From positions 1-64,000 of IMG/VR virus record IMGVR_UViG_3300033143_004212: a stretch of DNA of 64,000 nt. One strand, 5' to 3'. The stretch is from a virus. Shown one piece after another: positions 41,832-53,616 of the stretch (position 1 is its first letter; every line of letters begins with the position of its first letter). The notes below the pieces were generated by a model. The model saw only the letters and a program-made list of their open reading frames with translations. It searched no databases and was not told where the DNA came from. The translations under genes and the position numbers were made by a program.

Positions 41832-44666
41832 ATGTTAGGAGATATAAATTACCTACTTGGACCTATTGAGTACGTTTTAGAAGTAACGAAACCAAATAAA
41901 GAACCAATAGTTGCGATCTCCAATGATTATGGAAAGGTATACTCACCTTCTATGAAAGCTATTAATGAATTTAGTTTTATGATTAATAAATTTTATGAAG
42001 ATGGCAGTATAAATGCATCTTATGAAGCAGTACAAGAAAAATATTTAATAAGTTTAAATCAACAAGAGTATTTCGTAATTACTGAAATTGAAGAAGATGA
42101 AATAGAAGGTATTAAAGCAGTTATATGTTATTCTCTTGAATACGAACTTGGACAAAAATTTGTACAAGCATATGAAGTTGTTTCCGCAAAATTATATAGT
42201 AATAATTCAGATTTTGATGGTGTTATGAATATGGTAAACAGTTTGGCTCCCTCTTGGACAGTAGGTACGATAGATGGAGAAATTCTTGAATCTTATAGAT
42301 CATTTGATGTGAGTAACGTAGATATTTATACTTTTATTACAAAAGATATTAGTGAAGCTTTTGGTTGTATCGCTCTTTTTAATACAGATGAAAAAACAAT
42401 AAGCTTTAAATTTTTAGAACATATAGGAGTAAACAACTCATTATTCTTATCAAGCGATAATTTAATTAAAACTTTAACGAGAACTAGAAAATTAGAAAAT
42501 ATAGCAACAAGAGTTTATGGTTTTGGTTCAGAAGATTTAACAATGAATACTGTTAATCCTAATGGATTAAGTTATATAGATAATTTTTCATATTTCAAGA
42601 ATAGAAATTGGATGTCTCAACGATTAATAGATGCATTAGACGCACATGATGCGATTGTAACTGCAAATATTCCAGAATTCCAAACAGTTCTTTCTGATTA
42701 TCAAGATGAATATGAAGATAAATTTGGTTCATCTATTTATAAAACTTTATTAGTAACAGATATTTCAGGAGCAAACATTACTTTTGATGATAACGCATCT
42801 GATGTAGATAATTATTACAATGGTTGGAAATTATTAATTGAATTACCAACTTCTGAGAATCAAAATTGTGCAGGTCAAACTGCAACGATTTTATCATATA
42901 ACGGAACAACAAAAATTGCAACACTAAGTTCTGCTTTTTCAGAGGTAAATCATACTTATGAAACTGTAGAAGTTACAGTAAAAACAATCCCTGCTAATCC
43001 AGAGGGAGAAGAAATATATGCAGAAGGTAGCTATTACATTTCTGAGAATATTGGTAATTATCAATATTTACAATTATCTTTAGTTAAACAAGGTAATTGG
43101 GAAGAAATTGAAAAAGCTTTAGTTGCTAGACATGCATCAATAACGCCAACACAAGATGATTTAGATGAACTAGCTGAAGCTAGAACTCATTTAGATTATT
43201 GGAATGGTCAAGTAGGAGTATGGCAAACTTTAGTAGATGCAAATGATGTAGTACTTGATGCAAAAACAACTAGATTAGAAGAACTTAATGTAATTATGGA
43301 TATAGAAACTAATTTAACTTTTGATGAATTGCAAGAATTAGATCCATATATTATTGAAACTACTTATACAAATTCTAATATTATAGATGAAGTAGATTTA
43401 TATGATGAAGTTGTAGAAATTTCTGATAGAGTTGGGTATCCTAGATATGAATTTTCATTAGATGCAGACGATCTTTTAAAAATGGTTGAATATCAACATA
43501 TTAGACATAGATTAAAAATTGCAGATATAATAAATATTAAAATATCTGAAACAGAAGAAATTGAAGTTAGAATAACTGGATATTCTCATGAATACGATGA
43601 GAATATAATAAATATAAGTTTTTCATCTGTAAATTCTATTTTTGATTCAAGTTATGAATTAGCAGAGTTATTGAAGAACAATACTAGTGCAGCATCATCA
43701 TTAAACGTAGAACGTTTTAAATTTAAAACTTATGTAAAAGAAGACCAAAATACAATTTTAACTTTCTTAGATAGTGCTTTAGATGCGGCTAAAAATGCGG
43801 TTATAGCAGGAAATAATCAAGAAGTATTGATAGATAGAACAGGTATTACATTACGAGAATATGATGCAATAACTGGTGGTTTTACAGATTCACAAATGAG
43901 ATTAATTAATAATACAATTGCAATAACAGATAATAATTGGAATACAGTTAAAACCGCAATAAGTCCTGACGGAGTATTTGCCGATGTATTAATTGGTAGA
44001 GCAATCCTTGGTGCCGAACTTCAAATTGAAGCGGCAGATGGAACTTTTGAGGTTGATGAAACTGGTACAACTCTTAAAAATATGTCGTTAACAGCGGTTA
44101 AAGATGAAGGATTAGGAACAGAAAGAAAAATAGTATTAAATGATACAGATGTGTTTAGAGTTTCTATTGGTGGAGTAGATAAATTATGGATAGATGTCTC
44201 TGGAGACATGAATATAGCAGGTAATATATTTATGAGTGCAAGTTCTAGAATTACTTGGACGAATGTCACAGATGCAGATTCTGAAGCAGTATCAGCATGG
44301 GACGATAATTATATGACTACTATTGGTCCTGATTATGTTTTTACTGGAAAAATTCAAGCCAATAAAATCACAGGTAATACTTTGACAGCATTAGATGAAA
44401 TAAATATAGGAGATGTATCTATGAGTACTAATGGTATATTAAGAATGCATTCTGCGGGTACTTGGTGGATAGGAATGCAAACTTATGAATCACCGGGACC
44501 ATCTTGAGAAATCGGATATCTTAGTTCTATAACAGATACGACAATATCTGAACTTAATAGAATTATGTTAGCAGCTAACATGGTGTATACAAGTAGTAAT
44601 TTATCAGTACTTGGGAATCTTTCAGTAAGCGGAACTGTAACAGGTGTTACTGCAGTATTTGGATAA
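41832..44666 (+). CDS. Tal/baseplate hub-tail spike protein (TGA=Trp at 44505)
   Basis: ATRVYGFG, VNPNG..YIDNFSYF, TDNNW.TVKTAI; ends TAVFG. Confidence 0.8.
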
Positions 44667-44699
44667 AATATAGATAAAATGAGAAGGAAGGAGTAAAAT

Positions 44700-45050
44700 A
44701 TGGCTAGACCTAGTGATTGGGCTTGGACAACAACAATCGCTTCTGGACAACCTTGTTATAGCACTTATAACTCTGGTGGGAAAGCATATATAGCAGTGAT
44801 AACAGCTGTAGAATGGAATGATTTTACTACTAGAATAAATGATTTTAGAGTTTATAAAGAACTTAGTACTTATTCTTTTACTACAGCATCATCAGGAGGA
44901 GCTTTTTATGCTTCGATAATTAATGAAGCTAGAACTGCTATTAATGACATGTCACCACCAACTTCAGTGCCAGGACCAGCATCTTCAGGAGGAATAGTTA
45001 CAGCTTATATATTAAATAGATTAAAGGATGCTTTAAATTCGATAACATAA
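44700..45050 (+). CDS. Minor tail protein
   Basis: RBS; TAVEWN motif; tail module. Confidence 0.6.
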   Translation: MARPSDWAWTTTIASGQPCYSTYNSGGKAYIAVITAVEWNDFTTRINDFRVYKELSTYSFTTASSGGAFYASIINEARTAINDMSPPTSVPGPASSGGIVTAYILNRLKDALNSIT

Positions 45051-45158
45051 TAAATATAGTCCTAGAATTTAATACTTCTAGGATTGACTTATTTTTAAAA
45101 ATATGTTATACTAAGATAAGAAGTAAAAAAGGATGTATTATGAATAAGGAGGAGCAAA

Positions 45159-45335
45159 ATGGTAGTTAAAATGACAAGAGAACAAATAGGAAATTTAATG
45201 AATTTATTAGATAGAGTTGGAATTAAAGGTTTTAAAGAAATACAAGCTATGACAGATATAGTTAAATCACTTCAAGAAGCTCAAGAAGAAGTTGTAAAGC
45301 CAGTTCAACCAATTAAAAAACCTGATAAGGAGTAA
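45159..45335 (+). CDS. Small protein (58 aa) downstream of TTGACT-17-TATACT promoter (45084-45112)
   Basis: AAGGAGG RBS; LDRVGIKGFKEI. Confidence 0.65.
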   Translation: MVVKMTREQIGNLMNLLDRVGIKGFKEIQAMTDIVKSLQEAQEEVVKPVQPIKKPDKE

Positions 45336-45679
45336 TGTTTATGATATGTAAAGATATAATTACATTTACTGCAGGAGATACTGTTTGGCTTGAAGTGGAA
45401 GTTAGAGATAGAGATGGGACATTAATGGATTTGTCAACGGCAACTCCAATTAATTTTGCTATACAAGTATTTGGAAGAATAGATGAAGATCCTGTAGTTA
45501 CAAAAGAGAAAGCAGATATGACAATATTATCTTTAGGTAATATTAGAATAGTTTTAGACCCCGTAGATACAGCTGATTTACATGGCAAATTTAAAGTAGA
45601 ATTAGAAGTGACAGATTCTGTAGGAGCAGTATCTACTGTATTGAGTCAAGAACTTATAATTGAAAGAACAATAATTTAA
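45335..45679 (+). CDS. BppU N-terminal-like baseplate protein
   Basis: AGDT...DLS...LDPVDTADLHG.F..ELEV. Confidence 0.6.
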   Translation: MFMICKDIITFTAGDTVWLEVEVRDRDGTLMDLSTATPINFAIQVFGRIDEDPVVTKEKADMTILSLGNIRIVLDPVDTADLHGKFKVELEVTDSVGAVSTVLSQELIIERTII

Positions 45680-45692
45680 GGAGGAAATATTT

Positions 45693-46094
45693 ATGAGTAT
45701 GACTAATTATTTAGAAGATAAAATATTAGACCATATTTTTGGTGATACTGCTTATGTTGCTCCAACAACTTTATATATAGGAGTTTCTACAACTCATGTG
45801 ACTGAGCTTGGATTAGGGATTACAGAACCAACAGACGCAGTTTATGCAAGAATAGCAATAACAAATAATACTACTAATTTTTTAGATGCGGTATTAGGAG
45901 AAAAAAAGAATGCAACATTCCAAGAGTATGAAGTAGCAACAGAATCTTGAGGAGAGATTTTAGACTATTTTATTTCAGATGCTGCTTCAGGTGGAAATAT
46001 ACTTGTGTATGGACCTTTAAGTGTATCTAAAACGATAAGTATTAATGATCAATTAGTGCTACCAATAAATGGGTGGGTCTTAACATTAGATTAA
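45693..46094 (+). CDS. Tail structural protein (TGA=Trp at 45948)
   Basis: TNYLE..ILDH, YARIAI, ATES[W]G...DAASGGN match a common phage tail family where SWG is conserved. Confidence 0.75.
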
Positions 46095-46116
46095 AAGATT
46101 AGAGGTGTAAAAATAA

Positions 46117-46446
46117 ATGCCTACAATTATAAAAATTAAAACATCTGTTGAAACAATTCGTTTCGAGGACGTTTTTTTTTACGGTAATAGGACTGTAATT
46201 AAAACGTATGGACAATTTATATTAGAGATTATTACAAAATATCTCCAAATTGAAGGATTGATTCAATCAACAGAAACTATAAGTTTAGGAGCAATAAGCT
46301 CTATAAATAATATTACAGTTCTAACCTCAGAAGGCACTGTTGCTTTTGAATCATGAGTTCTTCTTACAATAGGAGATCATAATGAAGAAACACTTGGTGA
46401 TTTGGGAGATTTAGAATTGATAGATATGATACGTACAGTAAATTAA
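46117..46446 (+). CDS. Hypothetical tail-region protein (TGA=Trp at 46354)
   Basis: GAGG RBS; readthrough fills the gap to the next RBS. Confidence 0.6.
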
Positions 46447-46463
46447 TGAAAGGAGGAAATTAA

Positions 46464-49400
46464 ATGGTTATTTCAACGAATTATGGATTTGTTATTTATG
46501 ATTCAACAGTTGATACACTTGAATTATTTAAAGATTATATAGATGATATTGCTAGTAACTTTGAAACTATAGATGCAGTAATACCAGAAAAAATAGAAAT
46601 AGCAGATATTATGAGCGATTGGGTTGTTTCAGGATTATTACCTGCAGAGCATGGATCGTCTTTAACATCAAGTATATCTGCCGGTTATATCTATATTGAT
46701 GGAGTTCGTATATACAAAAATGGAACACCACATACTTATACTGCAAGTAAAGATACCTATGTAGATATAGATCCTACTGGAACATATGTATTTTCAGAGG
46801 TGCCATTAGATGACCCTGAACCTACATTAACAGAAGGTAATATGAGACTTGCCAAGGTAGTAACTGATGCAACAACAATCCCAACAGTTGTAGATATGAG
46901 AACTTTAGAATATAGTTTATCTAAAAATGATAAATTAAATCAAATAACATGGGACGATCCTAATCTTTGGATTGGAGCCGGTTCAGGAGGAGAATTATTC
47001 CTACAAGCAGGTGGCTCAACAAAACTTACAATGGGTGCTCATACAACAGTTTCTAATGGTTATTTTTATGTTAATGACAATATATATTTAAATACTGGAT
47101 CAGCTATCCTTAAAGGTAGAGATTCTGGTGCGGCAAGTGTAAATTTATTACAAATGGATGCTAGTGTTGATAAAGTTAAAGTAGGAACTACTTCTTATCC
47201 ATTAATGTTTAATTCAAGTGTTGAACCAATTTGGTATAATGGAACAACAGAAAAATCAATAATATTTGAAGCACCAAATGACGGAGAAGAATACGTTCGT
47301 AAAAATGAAGCTTGGGCAATCGTATCTGAGCATGCTATAAATGATATAACTGATATAGTTATTACAAGTGTAGCAGATAATGAAATACTTCAATATGATA
47401 ATGGTAGTGGAGATTGGATAAATCAAACTTTAGCCGAAGCAGGAATATCAGCAACAGGTCACAGTCATGTAGCGACAGATGTTACAGACTTCGATACTGA
47501 GGTATCAAATAATACGTCAGTTTCTGCAAATACTGACAAGATTTCATTTGATGCAACTGCATCAGCTAAAGTAGCTTGGTTAACAGTAACTCAAGCAGTA
47601 GACTTAGATACGATAGAAACTGATACAAGCTCAAATAATTCTCACAGAACTACGACTACTGGAAATCCTCATAGCCTTGAATTGGCAGATTTAGATGATG
47701 TCGACTCAACAGTTGGCTCACCTACTGATGGCAAAATTATGGTATATAGAACTGCCGGTGGAGACTGGATTCTAGAAGATAAACCTGCATCAGGTTCAAC
47801 ACCTTCATTAGATGAATTAACTGATGTTACAATTACTGGGACACCTGCAGATGATGAAGTTTTAGCATATAATACTGGTACGAACCAATGGATTAATCAG
47901 ACTGCGGCAGAAGCAGGACTAGCTATATCAGGACACAGTCATACAGCAACAGATGTTACAGATTTTGACACAGAGGTATCAAATAATACGTCAGTTTCTG
48001 CGAATACTAGCAAAATATCTTTCCCCGAAGCACCAAACGATGGAGAAGAATACGTTCGTAAGAATTTAGCTTGGGCAATTGCAACTGGTGGTGGAGCATC
48101 AGCTATAAATGATTTAACTGATGTTGTAATATCTGGAACACCTGCTGATAATGAAGTTTTAGCATACGATACTAGCAGTGGAGACTGGATAAATCAAACT
48201 CCTGGCGAAGCAGGATTGTCTGCATCAGGACATGGACATACAGCAAGTAATATTTCAGACTTCGATACTGAAGTTGGGAATCATACAGACGTTACAGATA
48301 ATACAACTCATAGTGGAACTACAACAGGAAATCCACATTCATTAGAATTAGCTGATTTAAGTAATGTAGTAATTACATCAGTAGGAGATAATGATATAAT
48401 CGGTTACGATTCAGGTGGGAACTTTATTAATCAAACAGCTTCTGAATTAGGATTATCTGTAACAGGTCATAGCCATGTAGCAATAGACGTTACAGATTTC
48501 GATACTGAAGTTGCGAATAATACTGCTGTTGCAGCTAACACTGATAAAATAAGTTTTGATGCAACTGCATCAGCTAAAGTAGCTTGGTTAACAGTAACAC
48601 AAGCGGTTGACCTTGATACTATGGAAAGTAATATAAGTACAAATAATGGGAAAGTTACGAATGCGGATCACACTGGAGAAGTAACTGGCTCAGGAGCTTT
48701 AACAATCGCAGATAATGTTGTTGATGAAGCTAATTTAAAATTAGAAACTGGACCAACAAACGACTATGTACTAACAGCTGATAGTACTAAGTCTGGTGGT
48801 ATGAAATGGGCAGCAGCTCCTGGTGGAGGCGGAGCTATAGGCGATTTATCAGATGTAACGATAAGTTCTATAGGAAACGATGAAATTTTAGTTTGGGAAA
48901 CAGATGAATTTGTTAATCAAACTTTTGCCGAAGCTGGAATAGGAACAGCAACAGATGTAGCTACTAACAGAGATGACGTTGATGCATTATTTAAAATAAA
49001 AGATGGAGTTACAACTGGTAGTGCTATTGCAATAACTACGGATGGAACATTTGATTACGTAGATGGTAGATGGATTATGTTTAAGGCAGATGCAAATATT
49101 ACTGCTCCCGCAACTATTGCCATAGACGGTGGGTCTGCATTGACTGCAAAGGATAAAGATGGGAATAATATTGATATCGTAATAAATATTACTTATCTAT
49201 GTCGATTTGTTGACGATACTACGGATTTTTTCGAGTTAGCCCCTAAAGAAACAATCTTAGCCGGGGGCTATCAAAAGACTTATGAGGCGAGTGGAACTGT
49301 TAATTCTGGAGATATGGTCGATATCGATTATATCAATGAAACAGCAACAGCAGTTTCTGAAAGAGAGCGTTTAGCTCTTATTTCTCAAAATCTATTGTCA

Positions 49401-50522
49401 GCAACTGACTATGATTATCCTGCTATTGCAAAATTAACAAGCACAACATTTTTATTTATAGGACAAGATGATGTAACTGGAGATTTAGATGCTTTTGTAT
49501 GTACTCATGATGGAGAAAGAGTTACTTCAACTGGTACTGTTCTTGAAGTATCTGGAGATAGTACAGCTTTCCCTAGAATTAAAGAAGTTACTTCTACAAC
49601 TTTCCTTGTAACTTTTATAAATTTAACTGGAACTGATTTTTTAAGTGCTATAATGCTTAGTGTAAGTGGAACTACAGTTACAAAAGGTACTGCTGTTTCA
49701 ATTGATACTTTTACTCTACATCCTAGTAATTATCATGAAAGTACAATACTAGAATCAACTAAAGCTTTAGTAACATACGCAGATAAAGATGATACAAATG
49801 CATTAAATTCTGTTGTTCTTACAATCTCTGGTTTAGCATTAACAGTTAATACAATATACACTCATTCTACTAATAGTTGTTTAGAAATGTCATTAGTAAC
49901 TCTAAGTTCTACTAGAGCTTTCTTAGCATCACCATATGATGCTAGTGGAGACGATATGTGGGGTTATATTATTGATGTATCTGGAACTGTTGTAACTTAT
50001 ACCGATGATGCACAAATTGATACTGATGATACTGGCGATTGTAGTGCAATTGCTCTTTCATCTACTTCTATAGCTTTACTTTATAGAAGTAATACTACAG
50101 ATGTTGTTTATTTTGTATTAGTTGGAATTACTACAGATACAATAGATACTGTTTCAACTTGGAATGATGTTTTTGAAGGAGATTTATCTCATGTTCATTT
50201 ATTATCTATGAGTTCAACAGAATTTATTGCACTAGCGGCAGATGATGTTTCCAATGTTTGTAAAGGTGTAAGATTTACGATTTCTGGTGATACTATTAAC
50301 TCTTATGGAGAAGTTGAAGAACTTAGTGAATATAGTGCTTTTAATACAGACTGGATTACTGGCTATATAAATGATACCGGTGCAACTCAACCGTTATTAG
50401 TAATTGGAGTAGAATCAGATAACTCTTCTTATAGTTCATTAGCTAGGTTAATTAAAAGAGGAGATGGAGTAGCTATTACTAGTGCTTCTGATGGAAATAA
50501 TACTGAAATAGTAGTATTCTAA
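46464..50522 (+). CDS. Long tail fibre/receptor-binding protein with internal repeats
   Basis: 1352 aa T/D/S-rich; repeated EAPNDGEEYVRKN, GHSHxAxDVTDFDTEV, LxDVxI modules; repetitive beta-rich C-terminus. Confidence 0.8.
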   Translation: MVISTNYGFVIYDSTVDTLELFKDYIDDIASNFETIDAVIPEKIEIADIMSDWVVSGLLPAEHGSSLTSSISAGYIYIDGVRIYKNGTPHTYTASKDTYVDIDPTGTYVFSEVPLDDPEPTLTEGNMRLAKVVTDATTIPTVVDMRTLEYSLSKNDKLNQITWDDPNLWIGAGSGGELFLQAGGSTKLTMGAHTTVSNGYFYVNDNIYLNTGSAILKGRDSGAASVNLLQMDASVDKVKVGTTSYPLMFNSSVEPIWYNGTTEKSIIFEAPNDGEEYVRKNEAWAIVSEHAINDITDIVITSVADNEILQYDNGSGDWINQTLAEAGISATGHSHVATDVTDFDTEVSNNTSVSANTDKISFDATASAKVAWLTVTQAVDLDTIETDTSSNNSHRTTTTGNPHSLELADLDDVDSTVGSPTDGKIMVYRTAGGDWILEDKPASGSTPSLDELTDVTITGTPADDEVLAYNTGTNQWINQTAAEAGLAISGHSHTATDVTDFDTEVSNNTSVSANTSKISFPEAPNDGEEYVRKNLAWAIATGGGASAINDLTDVVISGTPADNEVLAYDTSSGDWINQTPGEAGLSASGHGHTASNISDFDTEVGNHTDVTDNTTHSGTTTGNPHSLELADLSNVVITSVGDNDIIGYDSGGNFINQTASELGLSVTGHSHVAIDVTDFDTEVANNTAVAANTDKISFDATASAKVAWLTVTQAVDLDTMESNISTNNGKVTNADHTGEVTGSGALTIADNVVDEANLKLETGPTNDYVLTADSTKSGGMKWAAAPGGGGAIGDLSDVTISSIGNDEILVWETDEFVNQTFAEAGIGTATDVATNRDDVDALFKIKDGVTTGSAIAITTDGTFDYVDGRWIMFKADANITAPATIAIDGGSALTAKDKDGNNIDIVINITYLCRFVDDTTDFFELAPKETILAGGYQKTYEASGTVNSGDMVDIDYINETATAVSERERLALISQNLLSATDYDYPAIAKLTSTTFLFIGQDDVTGDLDAFVCTHDGERVTSTGTVLEVSGDSTAFPRIKEVTSTTFLVTFINLTGTDFLSAIMLSVSGTTVTKGTAVSIDTFTLHPSNYHESTILESTKALVTYADKDDTNALNSVVLTISGLALTVNTIYTHSTNSCLEMSLVTLSSTRAFLASPYDASGDDMWGYIIDVSGTVVTYTDDAQIDTDDTGDCSAIALSSTSIALLYRSNTTDVVYFVLVGITTDTIDTVSTWNDVFEGDLSHVHLLSMSSTEFIALAADDVSNVCKGVRFTISGDTINSYGEVEELSEYSAFNTDWITGYINDTGATQPLLVIGVESDNSSYSSLARLIKRGDGVAITSASDGNNTEIVVF

Positions 50523-50561
50523 TATATAAAAAAACACCCTTTAATTAGGGTGTTATTTTTT

Positions 50562-51392
50562 TTATTCTTTTTTTAGAATGCCGTATAGATCAGATAGTAA
50601 AATACTTATTTCATTTGCTATTGCTAAGGAATCATTTATTTTTTTATCTTGTTTTTTAATTGTTTCTTCGTATTTTTTGATTTTTTTATCTTTTATATCT
50701 TCTTCATCATTTTCAAATAATGGCATATAATCAATTCCGAAGTATTTACAAATTCCAACTGCGTGCGCTAAAGCAATTTTTTCTCGGTAACCATCATCTA
50801 ATAATTTTTTTGCATCTTCTTTATTAGTCATAAATCCGCTTTCAGTAAGTATTGCAGGTGCATCTGTATTTTTTATTACATAAAATCTTGCATTCTTAAC
50901 TTTTCTATCAACCATTCCAGTCGCATCTATTAATTCTTTGTGAACTGTTTTTGCTAATCTAGGTCCTATTCTACTACCAGTAGAGTAATAAGTTTCAATT
51001 CCTGTAACAGTATTCCATCCACCCATTCCATAAGCATTCGCATGTATTGAAATAAAGATGTCTACTTTTGCATCGTTAGCAATTTTGACTCTAGATTTAA
51101 GAGGTAGATCTATACCTTCTTTATAAGTTCTTACTACTTTAAAACCTCGTTTTATTAATTTACGTTCTAATTTCTTTGCGACCGCGAGATTAAATTCATA
51201 TTCGTGCATGAATTTACCATTTTCCCATCTAGGCGTGCGTTTTCCCCGAGTTAATGGACCGTGACCTACATCTATTCCTACTGTAATATCTTTTGATGTT
51301 TCTAATATGATTCTTTGTGTTCGTACTGCGATATACTTTCTCATATTTATTGCAGTAGTATTTTTTATTCCTATTATAATATTTCTTTTCAT
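50562..51392 (-). CDS. N-acetylmuramoyl-L-alanine amidase (Amidase_3), endolysin-like
   Basis: IDVGHG, E, SIHAN, LTESGFMTN; own TTGACA-17-TATAAT promoter at 51449-51421. Confidence 0.9.
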   Translation of the reverse strand: MKRNIIIGIKNTTAINMRKYIAVRTQRIILETSKDITVGIDVGHGPLTRGKRTPRWENGKFMHEYEFNLAVAKKLERKLIKRGFKVVRTYKEGIDLPLKSRVKIANDAKVDIFISIHANAYGMGGWNTVTGIETYYSTGSRIGPRLAKTVHKELIDATGMVDRKVKNARFYVIKNTDAPAILTESGFMTNKEDAKKLLDDGYREKIALAHAVGICKYFGIDYMPLFENDEEDIKDKKIKKYEETIKKQDKKINDSLAIANEISILLSDLYGILKKE

Positions 51393-51583
51393 TTCTATCC
51401 TCCTTATCCTATATATAATAATTATAACATATTTTCTCCTATTTGTCAAACCTCTTGGATAAAAGTTTTATAAGACTAAAAATAGATTACGATTTGGGCA
51501 GAATTATTTAATTACTTTTAATTACTTTAAATATTATTAGACATAAAGAGGTTATTTATGAATAGAGTAGAAAGGATGGTAAT

Positions 51584-51868
51584 ATGCTTAAAAAATTTTT
51601 AAAACTACAAACCTCTAAAAAACTTATTACAATAGTTGTATTGGTATGGGTATTGTCAATCATAATTGGATATATAGGAACATTCTTTGGAATTTCTTTT
51701 ATTGACATTATTCAAATTGTAAATTTAGATTTTTTAGTTATTTTAGGATTCTATTTTACAAAAGCAGGTTCAGAAAATATTGTTAAAATTACCAAAGATT
51801 TTACTATGAAGAAAAAAGAACCTGAATATGATGAACTCAATGAATATGACGAAGTGCCTTACAAATAA
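51584..51868 (+). CDS. Putative holin (2 TM)
   Basis: SKKL + TM, GFYFTKAGSEN. Confidence 0.6.
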   Translation: MLKKFLKLQTSKKLITIVVLVWVLSIIIGYIGTFFGISFIDIIQIVNLDFLVILGFYFTKAGSENIVKITKDFTMKKKEPEYDELNEYDEVPYK

Positions 51869-51880
51869 GGAGGAGAAAGG

Positions 51881-52552
51881 ATGGGAGCTTGAGTAGAAAT
51901 AACTCTTGCAATTATTGCTTTAATTTCAAGCGTGAGTACGGCATTAATTAATAGGAGATATAGAAAAGTTAAGAAACAAGAAAAAAGAAATAAACTTATA
52001 AATCATCCTGTCCACAGTAGAATGAAAAGCTATAAAAGAAGATTTTTAATAGATTTTCAACTTAATAACAAAGGGAAGGAAGCAGTTCTTAGAGATTTAT
52101 TTGTAAAAAAATTTGAATTATGAACTGATGCATTATACGATTTAGCAAAAGAGATTGATGAATATATTAAAATTTATTCTGAAAATGATGATAAGAATTA
52201 TGAAACTATTAAAGAAAAAAATTTATTATGTTTTAATGAAACTTTAGAAAAATTTAATGCATATCACTATGGTCCTGAATACACGCCAGAAGAAAAAATA
52301 TTAATTGAGATTGTTATTGGAAAATTTAATATATGGCAAAGTCATCGTTCCAGATTTATCGAAGAACAAATTATGGATATTTGTAATAATTCGATGATGT
52401 ATCCAACATGTGAAAGAAAACAAATTGCAATTTTTGACATATACATGGCAGTTTTTGCAATGACTCTAAATGATGCAATGAAAACAGTAGAGTCAATTAA
52501 TGGTCAATTGGAAGGTAAATATTTCAGAGGTATAAAAATAAGTAAGGAGTAG
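51881..52552 (+). CDS. Membrane-anchored lysis-region protein (TGA=Trp at 51890, 52121)
   Basis: GGAGG RBS; MGA[W]VEITLAIIALISS TM; continuous frame to TAG 52552. Confidence 0.7.
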
Positions 52553-52555
52553 AGA

Positions 52556-53242
52556 ATGTCAGATATTAAATTAATAATATTAGATATTGGTTACAAAGAA
52601 GATGCCTTTGGATTAAAAAAAGGAACTAAAGTATGAACTAAAGAATTCAAATTCAATAGTAAAGTTGCAAAACTTATAAAGAAAATTTTAGAATTAAATG
52701 GAGTAAAAGTAATTTTAACGCAACCATTAAACACATCTAAGATTTCTTTAAATGAAAGAATTATTTTAGAAAAAGAATTAAATCCAAAAGCAGACGGATT
52801 AGTTTCCATGCAAGCTGATTGGAATTCAGAAGAAGCTACTGAAGGTAGTTGGATTTTTTATTGGCACACTTCTCAAGAAAGTGGGAAATTAGCCGCTCTT
52901 ATAGATAGAGCATTAGTTGATTGTTCGAACAATGAGCACCGAGATATAACGGCATCTATGCCAGACTCTTGGAACGATTTCCAAATTTTAAGAGAAACAA
53001 ATTGTCCTTCTGTATTAATTGAGTATGGTTATATCGATAATAAAGATAGAATGAGAATATTTAGAAATAGATATTTTGCTTTAGATTGTGCGAAATCAAC
53101 TTCTGAGGGGATTTTACAATTTTTAGGAATAAAGAATTATACTTTAAAAACAAAAGGAAAAAGAATTATAAAAGTAATCAAAGGTTTAATAAAACTTTTG
53201 AATAAAATATTAAACAAAATAGAAAAAGGAGGAAACAAATGA
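52556..53242 (+). CDS. Amidase_3 homolog lacking two Zn-binding His (TGA=Trp at 52634)
   Basis: ILDIGY for DxGH, SMQAD for SIHAN; LRET..PSVLIEYGY retained. Confidence 0.75.
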
Positions 53243-53598
53243 ATCTAGCTATTGTTTTTGCTTTTTTAATGGTTATAGCTATTGTAGCTTATTTACGATA
53301 TTTATCACCTTATTTAAGAGTTAAAGGATTAGACTACTACAGTGAAGTTAGATTAGCTTTAATGCTTACTGGCTATGTTTTTAGAGAGAAAAAGGTAAAA
53401 GATATTGCAAGAGTAGCTTTATTAGTAGTAACAGAATTAGAGGAACTATCAATATCCCCTGAAGAGAAACATGTAGAGGGCGTTGAAAGACTAAGTATTA
53501 AATTATTAGAAGAATTCAACTTAGAATTAGAAGAAGGTGCATTAGATCTATTGATACAAGTAGCAGTAGCAATGCTACCAAAAACTAACATAGAATAA
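53239..53598 (+). CDS. Putative holin (LL-H-like)
   Basis: N-terminal TM; K...A...V..LE...EEK pattern; lysis context. Confidence 0.55.
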   Translation: MNLAIVFAFLMVIAIVAYLRYLSPYLRVKGLDYYSEVRLALMLTGYVFREKKVKDIARVALLVVTELEELSISPEEKHVEGVERLSIKLLEEFNLELEEGALDLLIQVAVAMLPKTNIE

Positions 53599-53616
53599 TA
53601 AAAGGAGGAACCCTAT

